Source of the DNA: Malacoraja senta
Taxonomy: Eukaryota
DNA length: 64,000 bases
Assembly (NCBI GenBank): GCA_038087875.1
Contig: CM075999.1
Coordinates: 684,001-748,000, forward strand
Direction: 5' to 3'
Shown: piece by piece, positions 27,401-42,400 of the stretch
Numbering within the stretch: the first letter of the stretch is position 1
Layout of the letters: each line of letters opens with the position of its first letter
Notes under the pieces: model-generated
What the model saw: only the letters and a program-made list of their open reading frames with translations
What the model was told of the DNA's origin: nothing
The model's database searches: none
Translations under genes and position numbers: made by a program

Positions 27401-30400
27401 AAAACACATGCGGCCTACTTCCCAGAATAGTCAAGAACATTATCACGTTGATACAAAAAAATCCAAAATTGTAGTTCAATGTATTTTCTCCCCGAAAGAC
27501 TCCAGTCTTTAAATATAGTTGAACCTAAAATCTCCACCTTTCCAGAAACCACTGTACCATCCACAACTACAGAAGTAACTACAACAGCTTCAAGCACCAC
27601 ATTAGTTCCCACATCAACGACAATAGAAACAACTACAGGCAGCACAAGCGCATCTACAACAGAAGCTACCACCACTTTCACAACCACACCACTTACAACC
27701 ACCGGTGAGTCCAGAATGTTACAGTAATGCAAGATAAATTTGTTCCTTACACATGCAGTGAATAAGAATCATTAGAATAGGAAAAGTTAACATGGATTGG
27801 CCATGTGTGTTCCATGGCATATACTGTTGCATATCTTCTGTCAAAAACACCACAGATTTTCTTTCCAAACTCTTTGGTCCATTGAAAACAACTACGGCCT
27901 ACTGCCCAGAATATTCAAGATAATTATCACGTTGATATTAAAAAAAAGTTAAATTGTAGTTCAATACATTTTACGCCCTCATGACTTCAGTCTTTAAGTT
28001 TACATATATCAAAAATCTCCACCTTTCCAGAAACCACTGTACCATCTACAACTACAGAAGTAACTACAACAGCTTCAAGCACCACATTAGTTCCCACATC
28101 AACGACAATAGAAACAACTACAGGCAGCACAAGTGCATCTACAACAGAAGCTACCACCACGTTCATTACCACACCACTTACAACCACCGGTGAGTCCAGA
28201 ATGCTACAGTAATGCAAAATAAATTTGTTCCTTACACATCCAGTGAATAAGAATCATTACAATAGAACAAGTTAACATGGATTGGCCATGTGTTCCATGG
28301 CATATACTGTTGGCATATCTTCTATCAAAAACACCACAGATGATGTTTCCAACTTATTTTGTCTCTTGAAAACATATGCGGCCAACTATCCAGAACATTC
28401 CACAAATTATCACGTTGATACAAAAAGATCCAAAATGACAATTCAATGCATTTTCTGCCCTTAAGATTCCAGTATTTAAATTTACCTGAACCTAAAATCT
28501 CCACATTTCCAGAAACCACTGTACCATTAGAATAAGTTAACATGTAAACGCCATATATATTCCATGATGCTGCTGGCATATCTTCTGTCAAAAAACGCAC
28601 ACGTGATGTTTCCTAATTCGTTGGTACCTTGAAAACACATGCGGCCTACATCCCAGAATAGTCAAGAACATTATCACGTTGATACAAAAAAAAGCAAAAT
28701 TGTAGTTCAATACCTTTTCTGCCCTAATAACTTCAGTCTTTAAATTTACCTGAATCAAAAATCTCCACCTTTCCAGAAACCACTGTACCATCTACAACTA
28801 CAGAAGTAACTACAACAGCTTCAAGCACCACATTAGTTCCCACATCAAAGACAATAGAAACAACTACAGGCAGCACAAGTGCATCTACAACAGAAGCTAC
28901 CACCACCTTCACGACCACACCACTTACAACCACCGGTGAGTCCAGAATGCTACAGTAATGCAAGATAAATTTGTTCCTTACACATGCAGTGAATAAGAAT
29001 CATTACAATAGAACAAGTTAACTTGGATTGGTCATGTGTGTTCCATGGCATATACTGTTGCATATCTTCTGTCTAAAACACCACAGATTTTGTTTCCAAA
29101 TTCTTTGGTCCCTCGAAAACAAATGCGGTCTACTTTCCAGAATATTAAAAAAAATTATCACGTTGATACAAAAGAAAAGTTAAATTGTAGTTCAATACAT
29201 TTTACGCCCTCATGACTTCAGTCTTTAAGTTTACATATATCAAAAATCTCCACCTTTCCAGAAACCACTGTACCATCTACAACTACAGAAGTAACTACAA
29301 CAGCTTCAAGCACCACATTAGTTCCCACATCAACGACAATAGAAACAACTACAGGCAGCACAAGTGCATCTACAACAGAAGCTACCACCACTTTCACGAC
29401 CATACCACTTACAACCACCGGTGAGTCCAGAATGCTCCAGTAATGCAAAATAAATTAGTTCCTTACAAATGCAGTGGATAAGAATCATTACAATAGAACA
29501 AGTTAACATGGATTGGCCATGTGTGTTCCATGGCATATACTGTTGCATAACTTCTGTCAAAACCACCACAGATTGTCTTTCCAAACTCTTTGGTCCATTG
29601 AAAACAAATACGGCCTACTGCCGAGAATATTCAAGATAATTATCACGTTGATACAAAAAAAATCAAAATTGTAGTTCAATACATTTTCTGCCCTAATGAC
29701 TTCAGTCTTTAAATTTATCTGAATCAAAAATCTCCACCTTTCCAGAAACCACTGTACCATCTACAAGTACAGAAGTAACTACAACAGCTTCAAGCACCAC
29801 ATTAGTTCCCACATCAACGACAATAGAAACAACTACAGGCAGCACAAGTACATCTACAACAGAAGCTACCACCACGTTCATTACCACACCACTTACAACC
29901 ACCGGTGAGTCCAGAATGCTACAGTAATGCAAAATAAATTTGTTCCTTACACATCCAGTAAATAAGAATCATTACAATAGAACAAGTTAACATGGATTGG
30001 CCATGTGTGTTCCATGGCATATACTGTTGCATATCTTCTGTCAAAAACACCACAAATTTTGTTTCCAAATTCTTTGGTCCCTCGAAAATAAATGCGGTCT
30101 ACTTTCCAGAATATTTAAGAAAATTATCACGTTGATACAAAAAAAAAGTTAAATTGTAGTTCAATACATTTTACGCCCTCATGACTTCAGTCTTTAAATT
30201 TAACTGAATCAAAAATCTCCACCTTTCCAGAAACCACTGTACCATCTACAACTACAGAAGTAACTACAACAGCTTCAAGCACCACATTAGTTCCCACATC
30301 AACGACAATAGAAACAACTACAGGCAGCACAAGTGCATCTACAACAGAAGCTACCACCACCTTCACGACCACACCACCTACAACCACCGGTGAGTCCAGA

Positions 30401-33400
30401 ATGCTCCAGCAATGCAAAATAAATTATTTCCTTACACATGCAGTGAATAAGAATCATTACAATGGAACAAGTTAACATGAATTGGCCATGAGTGTTCCAT
30501 GGCATATACTGTTGCATATCTTCTGTCAAAAACATCACAGATTTTGTTTCCAAATTCTTTGGTCCCTCGAAAACAAATGCGGTCTACTTTCCAGAATATT
30601 TAAGAAAATTATCACGTTGATACAAAAAAAAAGTTAAATTGTAGTTCAATACATTTTACGCACTCATGACTACAGTCTTTAAGTTTACCTATATCAAAAA
30701 TCTCCACCTTTCCAGAAACCACTGTACCATCTACAACTACAGAAGTACCTACAACAGCTTCAAGCACCACATTAGTTCCCACATCAACAACAATAGAAAC
30801 AACTACAGGCAGCACAAGTGCATCTACAACAGAAGCTACCACCACTTTCACGACCACACCACTTACAACCACCGGTGAGTCCAGAATGTTCCAGTAATGC
30901 AAAATAAATTAGTTCCTTACAAATGCAGTGGATAAGAATCATTACAATAGAACAAGTTAACATGGATTGGCCATTTGTGTTCCATGGCATATACTGTTGC
31001 ATAACTTCTGTCAAAAACACCACAGATTTTCTTTCCAAACTCTTTGGTCCATTGAAAACAAATACGGTCTACTGCCCAGAATATTCAAGATAATTATCAC
31101 ATTGATACAAAAAAAAGCAAAATTGTAGCTCAATACATTTTCTGCCCTAATGACTTCAGTCTTTAAATTTAACTGAATCAAAAATCTCCACCTTTCCAGA
31201 AACCACTGTACCATCTACAACTACAGAAGTAACTACAACAGCTTCAAGCACCACATTAGTTCCCACATCAACGACAATAGAAACAACTACAGGCAGCACA
31301 AGTATATCTACAACAGAAGCTACCACCACGTTCATTACCACACCACTTACAACCACCGGTGAGTCCAGAATGCTACAGTAATGCAAAATAAATTTGTTCC
31401 TTACACATCCAGTGAATAAGAATCATTACAATAGAACAAGTTAACATGGATTGGCCATGTGTTCCATGGCATATACTGTTGGCATATCTTCTATCAAAAA
31501 CACCACAGATGATGTTTCCAAATTATTTTGTCTCTTGAAAACATATGCGGCCAAGTATCCAGAATATTCCACAAATCATCACGTTGATACAAAAACATCC
31601 AAAATGACAATTCAATGCATTTTCTGCCCTTAAGATTCCAGTCTTTAAATTTACCTGAACCTAAAATGTCCACATTTCCAGAAACCACTGTACCATAAGA
31701 ATAAGTTAACATGTAATCGCCATATATATTCCATGACAAATGCTGCTGGCATATCTTCTGTCAAAAACCGCACACGTGATGTTTCCAAATTCTTTGGTCC
31801 CTTGAAAACACATGCGGCCTACTTCCCAGAATAGTCAAGAACATTATCACGTTGATACAAAAAAAATCCAAAATTGTAGTTCAATGTATTTTCTCCCCGA
31901 AAGACTCCAGTCTTTAAATTTAGTTGAACCTAAAATCTCCACCTTTCCAGAAATCACTGTACCATCTACAACTACAGAAGTAACTACAACAGCTTCAAGC
32001 ACCACATTAGTTCCCACATCAAAGACAATAGAAACAGCTACAGGCAGCACAAGTGCATCTACAACAGAAGCTACCACCACCTTCACGACCACACCACTTA
32101 CAACCACCGGTGAGTCCAGAATGCTACAGTAATGCAAGATAAATTTGTTCCTTACACATGCAGTGAATAAGAATCATTACAATAGAACAAGTTAACATGG
32201 ATTGGCCATGTGTGTTCCATGCCATATACTGTTGCATATCTTCTGTCAAAAACACCACAGATTTTGTTTCCAAATTCTTTGGTCCCTCGAAAACAAATGC
32301 GGTCTACTTTCCAGAATATTTAAGAAAATTATCACGTTGATACAAAAAAAAAGCGAAATTGTAGTTCAATACATTTTACGCCCTCATGACTTCAGTCTTT
32401 AAGTTTACATATATCAAAAATCTCCACCTTTCCAGAAACCACTGTACCATCTACAACTACAGAAGTAACTACAACAGCTTCAAGCACCACATTAGTTCCC
32501 ACATCAACGTCAATAGAAACAACTACAGGCAGCACAAGTGCATCTACAACAGAAGCTACCACCACTTTCACGACCACACCACTTACAACCACCGGTGAGT
32601 CCAGAATGCTCCAGTAATGCAAAATAAATTAGTTCCTTACAAATGCAGTGGATAAGAATCATTACAATAGAACAAGTTAACATGGATTGGCCATGTATGT
32701 TCCATGGCATATACTGTTGCATAACTTCTGTCAAAAACACCACAGATTGTCTTTCCAAACTCTTTGGTCCATTGAAAACAAATACGGCCTACTGCCCAGA
32801 ATATTCAAGATATTTATCACGTTGATACAAAAAAAAGCAAAATTGTAGTTCAATACATTTTCTGCCCTAATGACTTCAGTCTTTAAATTTACCTGAATCA
32901 AAAATCTCCACCTTTCCAGAAACCACTATACCATCTACAAGTACAGAAGTAACTACAACAGCTTCAAGCACCACATTAGTTCCCACATCAACGACAATAG
33001 AAACAACTACAGGCAGGACAAGTGCATCTACAACAGAAGCTACCACCACGTTCATTACCACACCACTTACAACCACCAGTGAGTCCAGAATGCTACAGTA
33101 ATGCAAAATAAATTTGTTCCTTACACATCCCGTGAATAAGAATCATTACAATAGAACAAGTTAACATGGATTGGCCATGTGTTCCATGGCATATACTGTT
33201 GGCATATCTTCTATCAAAAACACCACAGATGATGTTTCCAAATTATTTTGTCTCTTGAAAACATATGCGGCCAACTATCCAGACCATTCCACAAATTATC
33301 ACGTTGATACAAAAAAATCCAAAATGACAATTCAATGCATTTTCTGCCCTTAAGATTCCAGTATTTAAATTTACCTGAACCTAAAATCTCCACATTTCCA

Positions 33401-36400
33401 GAAACCACTGTACCATTAGAATAAGTTAACATGTAATCGCCATATATATTCCATGACAAATGCTGCTGGCATATCTTCTGTCAAAAAACGCACACGTGAT
33501 GTTTCCAAATTCTTTGGTCCCTTAAAAACACATGCGGCCTACTTCCCAGAATAGTCAAGAACATTATCACGTTGATACAAAAAAATCCAAAATTGTACTT
33601 CAATGTATTTTCTCCCCGAAATACTCCAGTCTTTAAATATAGTTGAAGTTAAAATCTCCACCTTTCCAGAAACCACTGTACCATCTACAACTACAGAAGT
33701 AACTACAACAGCTTCAAGCACCACATTAGTTCCCACATCTACGACAATAGAAACAACTACAGGCAGCACAAGTGCATCTACAACAGAAGCTACCACCACC
33801 TTCACGACCACACCACTTACAACCACCGGTGAGTCCAGAATGCTACAGTAATGCAAGATAAATTTGTTCCTTACACATGCAGTGAATAAGAATCATTACA
33901 ATAGAACAAGTTAACATGGATTGGCCATGTGTGTTCCATGGCATATACTGTTGCATATCTTCTGTCAAAAACACCACAGATTTTGTTTCCAAATTCTTTG
34001 GTCCCTCGAAAACAAATGCGGTCTACTTTCCAGAATATTTAAGAAAATTATCAAGTTGATACAAAAAAAAGTTAAATTGTAGTTCAATACATTTTACGCC
34101 CTCATGATTTCAGTCTTTAAATTTACCTGAATCAAAAATCTCCACCTTTCCAGAAACCACTGTACCATCTACAACTACAGAAGTAACTACAACAGCTTCA
34201 AGCACCACATTAGTTCCCACATCAACGACAATAGAAACAACTACAGGCAGCACAAGTGCATCTACAACAGAAGCTACCACCACCTTCACGACCACACCAC
34301 CTACAACCACCGGTGAGTCCAGAATGCTCCAGTAATGCAAAATAATTTAGTTCCTTACACATGCAGTGAATAAGAATCATTACAATAGAACAATGAACAT
34401 GGATTGACCATGTGTGTTCCATGGCATATAATGTTGGCATATCTTCTGTCAAAAACACCACGGATTTTGTTTCCAAATTCTTTGGTCCCTTGAAAACAAA
34501 TGTGGTCTACTTTCCAGAATCTTTAAGAAAATTATCACGTTGATACAAAAAAAAAGTAAAATTGTAGTTCAATACTTTTCAATACATGACTTCAATACAT
34601 GACTTCAGTCTTTAAATTTTCCTGAATCAAAAATCTCCACCTTTCCAGAAACCACTGTACAATCTACAAGTACAGAAGTAACTACAACAGCTTCAAGCAC
34701 CACATTAGTTCCCACATTAACGACAAGAGAAACAACTACAGGCAGCACAAGTGCATCTACAACAGAAGCTACCACCACGTTCATTACCACACCACTTACA
34801 ACCACCGGTGAGTCCAGAATGCTACAGTAATGCAAAATAAATGTATTCCTTACACATCCAGTGAATAAGAATCATTACAATAGAACAAGTTAACATGGAT
34901 TGGCCATGTGTTCCATGGCATATACTGTTGGCATATCTTCTATCAAAAACACCACAGATGATGTTTCCAAATTATTTTGTCTCTTGAAAACATATGCGGC
35001 CAACTATCCAGACCATTCCACAAATTATCACGTTGATACAAAAAGATCCAAAATGACAATTCAATGCATTTTCTGCCCTTAAGATTCCAGTATTTAAATT
35101 TACCTGAACCTAAAATCTCCACATTTCCAGAAACAACTGTACCATTAGAATAAGTTAACATGTAATCGCCATATATATTCCATGACAAATGCTGCTGGCA
35201 TATCTTCTGTCAAAAACCGCACACGTGATGTTTCCAAATTATTTGGTCCCTTAAAAACACATGCGGACTACTTCCCAGAATAGTCAAGAACATTATCACG
35301 TTGATACAAAAAAATCCAAAATTGTAGTTCAATGTATTTTCTCCCCGAAAGACTCCAGTCTTTAAATATAGTTGAACCTAAAATCTCCACCTTTCCAGAA
35401 ACCACTGTACCATCTACAACTACAGAAGTAACTACAACAGCTTCAAGCACCACATTAGTTCCCACATCTACGACAATAGAAACAACTACAGGCAGCACAA
35501 GTGCATCTACAACAGAAGCTACCGCCACCTTCACGACCACACCACCTACAACCACCGGTGAGTCCAGAATGCTCCAGTAATGCAAAATAATTTAGTTCCT
35601 TACACATGCAGTGAATAAGAATCATTACAATAGAACAATGAACATGGATTGGCCATGTGTGTTCCATGGCATATAATGTTGGCATATCTTCTGTCAAAAA
35701 CACAACGGATTTTGTTTCCAAATTCTTTGGTCCCTTGAAAACAAATGTGGTCTACTTTCCAGAATCTTTAAGAAAATTATCACGTTGATACAAAAAAAAA
35801 GTTAAATTGTAGTTCAATTCATTTTACGCCCTCATGACTTCAGTCTTTAAATTTAACTGAATCAAAAACCTCCAACCTTCCAGAAACCACTGTACCATCT
35901 ACAAGTACAGAAGTAACTACAACAGCCTTAAGCACCACATCAGTTCCCACATCAATGACAATAGAAACAACTACAGGCAGCACAAGTGCATCTACAACAG
36001 AAGCTACCACCACCTTCACGACCACACCACTTACAACCACTGGTGAGTCCGGTGTGCAAGAGTAATGCAAAATAAATATGTTCCTTACACATCCAGTGAA
36101 TAAGAATCATTACAGTATAACAAGTTTACATGGATTGTCCATGTGTGTTCCATGGCATGTACTGTTGGCAAATCTTCTGTCAAAAACAGCACATATTTTT
36201 TTCCTAATTCTTTGGTTCCTAGAAAACAACAACGGCCTACTGCCCAGAATATTTAAGAAAATTATCACGTTGATACAAAAAAAGCAAAATTGTCGTTCAA
36301 TACATTTTCTGCCCAAATGACACCAGTCTTTAAATTTACCTGAATCAAAAATCTCCACCTTTCCAGAAACCCCTGTACCATCTACAACTACAGAAGTAAC

Positions 36401-39400
36401 TACAACAGCTTCAAGCACCACATTAGTTCCCACATCAACGACAATAGAAACAACTACAGGCAGCACAAGTGCATCTACAACAGAAGCTACCACCACTTTC
36501 ACAACCACACCACTTACAACCACCGGTGAGTCCAGAATGTTACAGTAATGCAAAATAAATTTGTTCCTTACACATGCAGTGAATAAGAATCATTACAATA
36601 GGAAAAGGTAACATGGATTGGCCATGTGTGTTCCATGGCATATACTGTTGCATATCTTCTGTCAAATAAACCACAGATTTTTTTTCCAGATTCTTTGGTC
36701 CCTTGAAAACAAATGGGGCCCACTTCCCAGAGTTTTCAAGAAAATTATCATGTTGATATTAAAAAAAAGCAAAATTGTAGTTCAATACATTTTCTGCTCT
36801 CATGACTTCAGTCTTTAAATTTGCCAGAATCAAAAATCTCCACCTTTCCAGAAACCACTGTACCATCTACAAGTACAGAGGCAACTACAACAGCTTCAAG
36901 CACCACATCAGCTCCCACATCAACGACAATAGAAACTACAGGCAGCACAAGTGCACCTACAACAGAAGCTACCACCACCTTCACGACCACACCACTTACA
37001 ACCACTGGTGAGTCCAGAATGCTACAGTAAGGCAAAATAAATGTGTTCCTTACACATCCAGTGAATAAGAATCATTTCAATAGAACAAGTTAACATGGAT
37101 TGGCCATGTGTGTTCCATGGCATATACTGTTGCATATCTTCTGTCAAAAACACCACAGATTTTTTTCCCAAATTCTTTGGTCCCTAGAAAACAAATGCGG
37201 CCTACTAGCCAGAAAATTCCACAAATTATCACGTTGATACAAAAAGATGCAAAATTACAATTCAATGCATTTTCTGCCCTTAAGATTCCAGTCTTTAAAT
37301 TTAACTGAACCTAAAATCGGCACATTTCCAAAAACCACTGTACCAGTAGAATAAGTTAATATGTAATCGACATATATATTCCATGACAAATGCTGCTGGC
37401 ATATCTTCTGTCAAAAACCGCACCCGTGATGTTTCCAAATTCTTTGGTACCTTGAAAACACATGCGGCCTACTTCCCAGAACAGTCAAGAACATTATCAC
37501 GTTGATACCAAAAAATCCCAAATTGTAGGTCAATGTATATTCTCCCAGAAAGACTCCAGTCTTTAAATTTACTTGAACCTAAAATCTCCACCTTTCCAGA
37601 AACCACTGTACCATCTACAAGCACAGAGGCAACAACAACAGCTTCAAGCACCACATCAGTTCCCACATCAATGACGATAGAAACAACTGGAGGCAGCACA
37701 ATTGCATCTACAACAGAAGTTACCACCACCTTCACGACCACACCACTTACAACCACTGGTGAGTCCGGTGTGCAAGAGTAATGAAAAATAAATATGTTCC
37801 TTACACATCCAGTGAATGAGAATCATTACAGTAGAACAAGTTAATATGGATTGGCCATGTGTGTTCCATGGCATATACTGTTGCATATCTACTGTCAAAA
37901 ACACCACAGATTTATTTTCCAAATTCTTTGGTCCCTTGAAAACAAATGTCGTCTACTTTCCAGAATATTTAAGAAAATTATCATGTTGATACAAAACAAA
38001 AAGCAAAATTGCAGTTCAATACATTTTATGACCTCCTGGCCTCTGTCTTTAAATGTGCCTGAATCAAAAATCTCCACCTTTCCAGAAACCACTGTACCAT
38101 CTACAAGTACGGAGCCTGCTATAACAGCTTCAAGCACTTCAACAGTTCCCACATCAACGACAATAGAAACAACTACAGGCAGCACAAGTGCTTCTTCAAC
38201 AGAAGCTACCACCACCTTCACGACCACACCACTTACAACCACTGGTGAGTCCAGAATGCTACAGAAAGGCAAAATAAATTTGTTCCTTCCACGTCCAGTG
38301 AACAAGAATCATTACAATAGAACAAGTTAACATGGATTGGCCATGTGTGTTCCATGGCATATACTGTTGCATATCTTCTGTCAAAAACACCACAGATTTT
38401 TTTTCCAAATTCTTTGGTCCCTAGAAATCAAATGCGATCTACTTTCCAGAATATTTAAGAAAATTATCATGTTCATACAAAAAAAAGCAAAATTGTAGTA
38501 CAATACATTTTCTGCTCTCATGACTTCAGTCTTTAAATTTGCCTGAATCAAAAATCTCCACCTTTCCAGAAACCACTGTACCATCTACAAGCACAGAGGC
38601 AACAACAACAGCTTCAAGCACCACATCAGTTCCCACATCAATGACAATAGAAACAACTGCAGGCAGCACAAGTGCACCTACAACAGAAGCTACCACCACC
38701 TTCACGACCACACCACTTACAACCACTGGTGAGACCGGTATGCAAGAGAAATGCAAAATAAATATGTTCCTTACACATCCAGTGAATAAGAATTATTACA
38801 ATAGAACAAGTTAACACGGATTGCCCATGTGTGTTCCATGCAATATACTGTTGCATATCTTCTGTCAAAAACACCACAGATTTTGTTTCCAAACTCTTTG
38901 GTCCCTTGAAAACAAAAGTGGCCTACTAGCCAGAATAGTCCACAAATTATCACGTTGATACAAAAAGATGCAAAATAACAATTCAATGCATTTTCTGCCC
39001 TTAAGATTCCAGTCTTTAAATTTACCTGAACCTAAAATCGGCACATTTCCAGAAACCACTGTACCAGTAGAATAAGTTAATATGTAATCGCCATTTATTT
39101 CCATGACAAATGCTGCTGGCATATCTTCTGTCAAAAACCGCACACGTGATGTATCCAAATTCTTTGGTACCTTGAAAACACATGCGGCCTACTTCCCAGA
39201 ATAGTCAAGAACATTATCACGTTGATACAAAAAAATCCCAAATTGAAGTTCAATGTATTTTCTCCCCGAAAGACTCCAGTCTTTAAATTTACTTGAACCT
39301 AAAATCTCCACCTTTCCAGAAACCACTGTACCATCTACAAGCACAGAGGCAACAACAACAGCTTCAAGCACCACATCAGTTCCCACATCAACGACAATAG

Positions 39401-42400
39401 AAACAACTACAGGCAGCACAATTGCATCTACAACAGAAGTTACCACCACCTTCACGACCACACCACTTACAACCACTGGTGAGTCCGGTGTGCAAGAGTA
39501 ATGCAAAATAAATTTGTTCCTTACACATCCAGTGAATAAGAATCATTATAGTGGAACAAGTTAATATGGATTGGCCATGTGTGTTCCATGGCATATACTG
39601 TTGCATATCTTCTGTCAAATACACCACAGATTTTTTTTCCAAATTCTTTGGTCCCTTGAAAACAAATGGGGCCCACTTCCCAGAGTATTCAAGAAAATTA
39701 TCATGTTGATATTAAAAAAAAAGCAAAATTGTAGTTCAATACATTTTCTGCTCTCATGACTTCAGTCTTTAAATTTGGCTGAATCAAAAATCTCCACCTT
39801 TCCAGAAACCACTGTACCATCTACAAGTACAGAGGCAACTACAACAGCTTCAAGCACCACATCAGTTCCCACATCAACGACAATAGAAACAACTACAGGC
39901 AGCACAAGTGCACCTACAACAGAAGCTACCACCACCTTCATGACCACACCACTTACAACCTCTGGTGAGTCCAGAATGCTACAGTAAGGCAAAATAAATG
40001 TGTTCCTTACACATCCAGTGAATAAGAATCATTTCAATAGAACAAGTTAACATGGATTGGCCATGTGTGTTCCATGGCATATACTGTTGCATATCTTCTG
40101 TCAAAAACACCACAGATTTTTTTCCCAAATTCTTTGGTCCCTAGAAAACAAATGCGGCCTACTAGCCAGGATATTCCACAAATTATCACGTTGATACAAA
40201 AAGATGCAAAATTACAATTCAATGCATTTTCTGCCCTTAAGATTCCAGTCTTTAAATTGAACTGAACCTAAAATCGGCACATTTCCAGAAACCACTGTAC
40301 CAGTAGAATAAGTTAATATGTAATCGCCATATCTATTCCATGACAAATGCTGCTGGCCTATCTTCTGTCAAAAACCGCACCCGTGATGTTTCCAAATTCT
40401 TTGGTACCTTGAAAACACATGCGGCCTACTTCCCAGAACAGTCAAGAACATTATCACGTTGATACCAAAAAATCCCAAATTGTAGTTCAATGTATATTCT
40501 CCCAGAAAGACTCCAGTCTTTAAATTTACTTGAACCTAAAATCTCCACCTTTCCAGAAACCACTGTACCATCTACAAGCACAGAGGCAACAACAACAGCT
40601 TCAAGCACCACATCAGTTCCCACATCAATGACGATAGAAACAACTGGAGGGAGCACAATTGCATCTACAACAGAAGTTACCACCACCTTCACGACCACAC
40701 CACTTACAACCACTGGTGAGTCCGGTGTGCAAGAGTAATGAAAAATAAATATGTTCCTTACACATCCAGTGAATGAGAATCATTACAGTAGAACAAGTTA
40801 ATATGGATTGGCCATGTGTGTTCCATGGCATATACTGTTGCATATCTACTGTCAAAAACACCACAGGTTTATTTTCCAAATTCTTTGGTCCCTTGAAAAC
40901 AAATGTCGTCTACTTTCCAGAATATTTAAGAAAATTATCATGTTAATAGAAAACAAAAAGCAAAATTGCAGTTCAATACATTTTATGACCTCCTGGCCTC
41001 TGTCTTTAAATGTGCCTGAATCAAAAATCTCCACCTTTCCAGAAACCACTGTACCATCTACAAGTACGGAGGCTGCTATAACAGCTTCAAGCACTTCAAC
41101 AGTTCCCACATCAACGACAATAGAAACAACTACAGGCAGCACAAGTGCTTCTTCAACAGAAGCTACCACCACCTTCACGACCACACCACTTACAACCACT
41201 GGTGAGTCCAGAATGCTACAGTAAGGCAAAATAAATTTGTTCCTTCCACGTCCAGTAAACAAGAATCATTACAATAGAACAAGTTAACATGGATTGGCCA
41301 TGTGTGTTCCATGGCATATACTGTTGCATATCTTCTGTCAAAAACACCACCGATTTTTTTTCCAAATTCTTTGGTCCCTAGAAATCAAATGCGGTCTACT
41401 TTCCAGAATATTTAAGAAAATTATCATGTTGATATTAAAAAAAAGCAAAATTGTAGTTCAATACATTTTCTGGTCTCATGACTTCAGTCTTTCAATTTGC
41501 CTGAATCAAAAATCTCCACCTTTCCAGAAACCACTGTACCATCTACAAGTACAGAGGCAACTACAACAGCTTCAAGCACCACATCAGTTCCCACATCAAC
41601 GACAATAGTAACAACTACCGGCAGCACAAGTGCATCTACAACAGAAGCTACCACCACCTTCACAACCACACCACTAACAACCACTGGTGAGTCCAGAATG
41701 CTACAATAAGGCAAACATAAATTTGTTCCTTCCACGTCCAGTGAACAAGAATCATTACAATAGAACAAGTTAACATGGATTGGCCATGTGTGTTCCATAG
41801 CATATACTGTTGCATATTTTCTGTCAAAAACACCACAGATTTTCCAAACTATTTGGTCCCTTGAAAACAAATGCGGCATTCTGCCCACAATATTCCACAA
41901 ATTATCACATTGATACAAAAAGATGAAAATTTCAATTCAATGCATTTTCTGCCCTTAAGATTCCTGTCTTTAAATTTACCTGAACCTAACATCTCCACAT
42001 TTCCAGAAACCACTGTACCAATAGAATAAGTTAATATGTAATTGCCAAATATATTCCATGACAAATGCTGCTGGCATATCTTCTGTCAAAAAACGCACAC
42101 GTGATGTTTGCAAATTCTTTCGTACCTTGAGAACACATGCGGCCTACTTCCCAGAATAGTCAAGAACATTATCACGTTGAGACAAAAAAAATCCAAAATT
42201 GTAGTTCAATGTATTTTCTCCCCGAAAGACGCCAGTCTTTAAATTTACTTGAACCTAAAATCTCCACCTTTCCAGAAACCACTGTACCATCTACAAGTAC
42301 AGAAGCAACTACAACAGCTTCAAGCACCACATCAGTTCCCATATCTGCAGCAATAGAAACAACTACAGGCAGCTCAAGTGTATCTACAACAGAAGCTACC

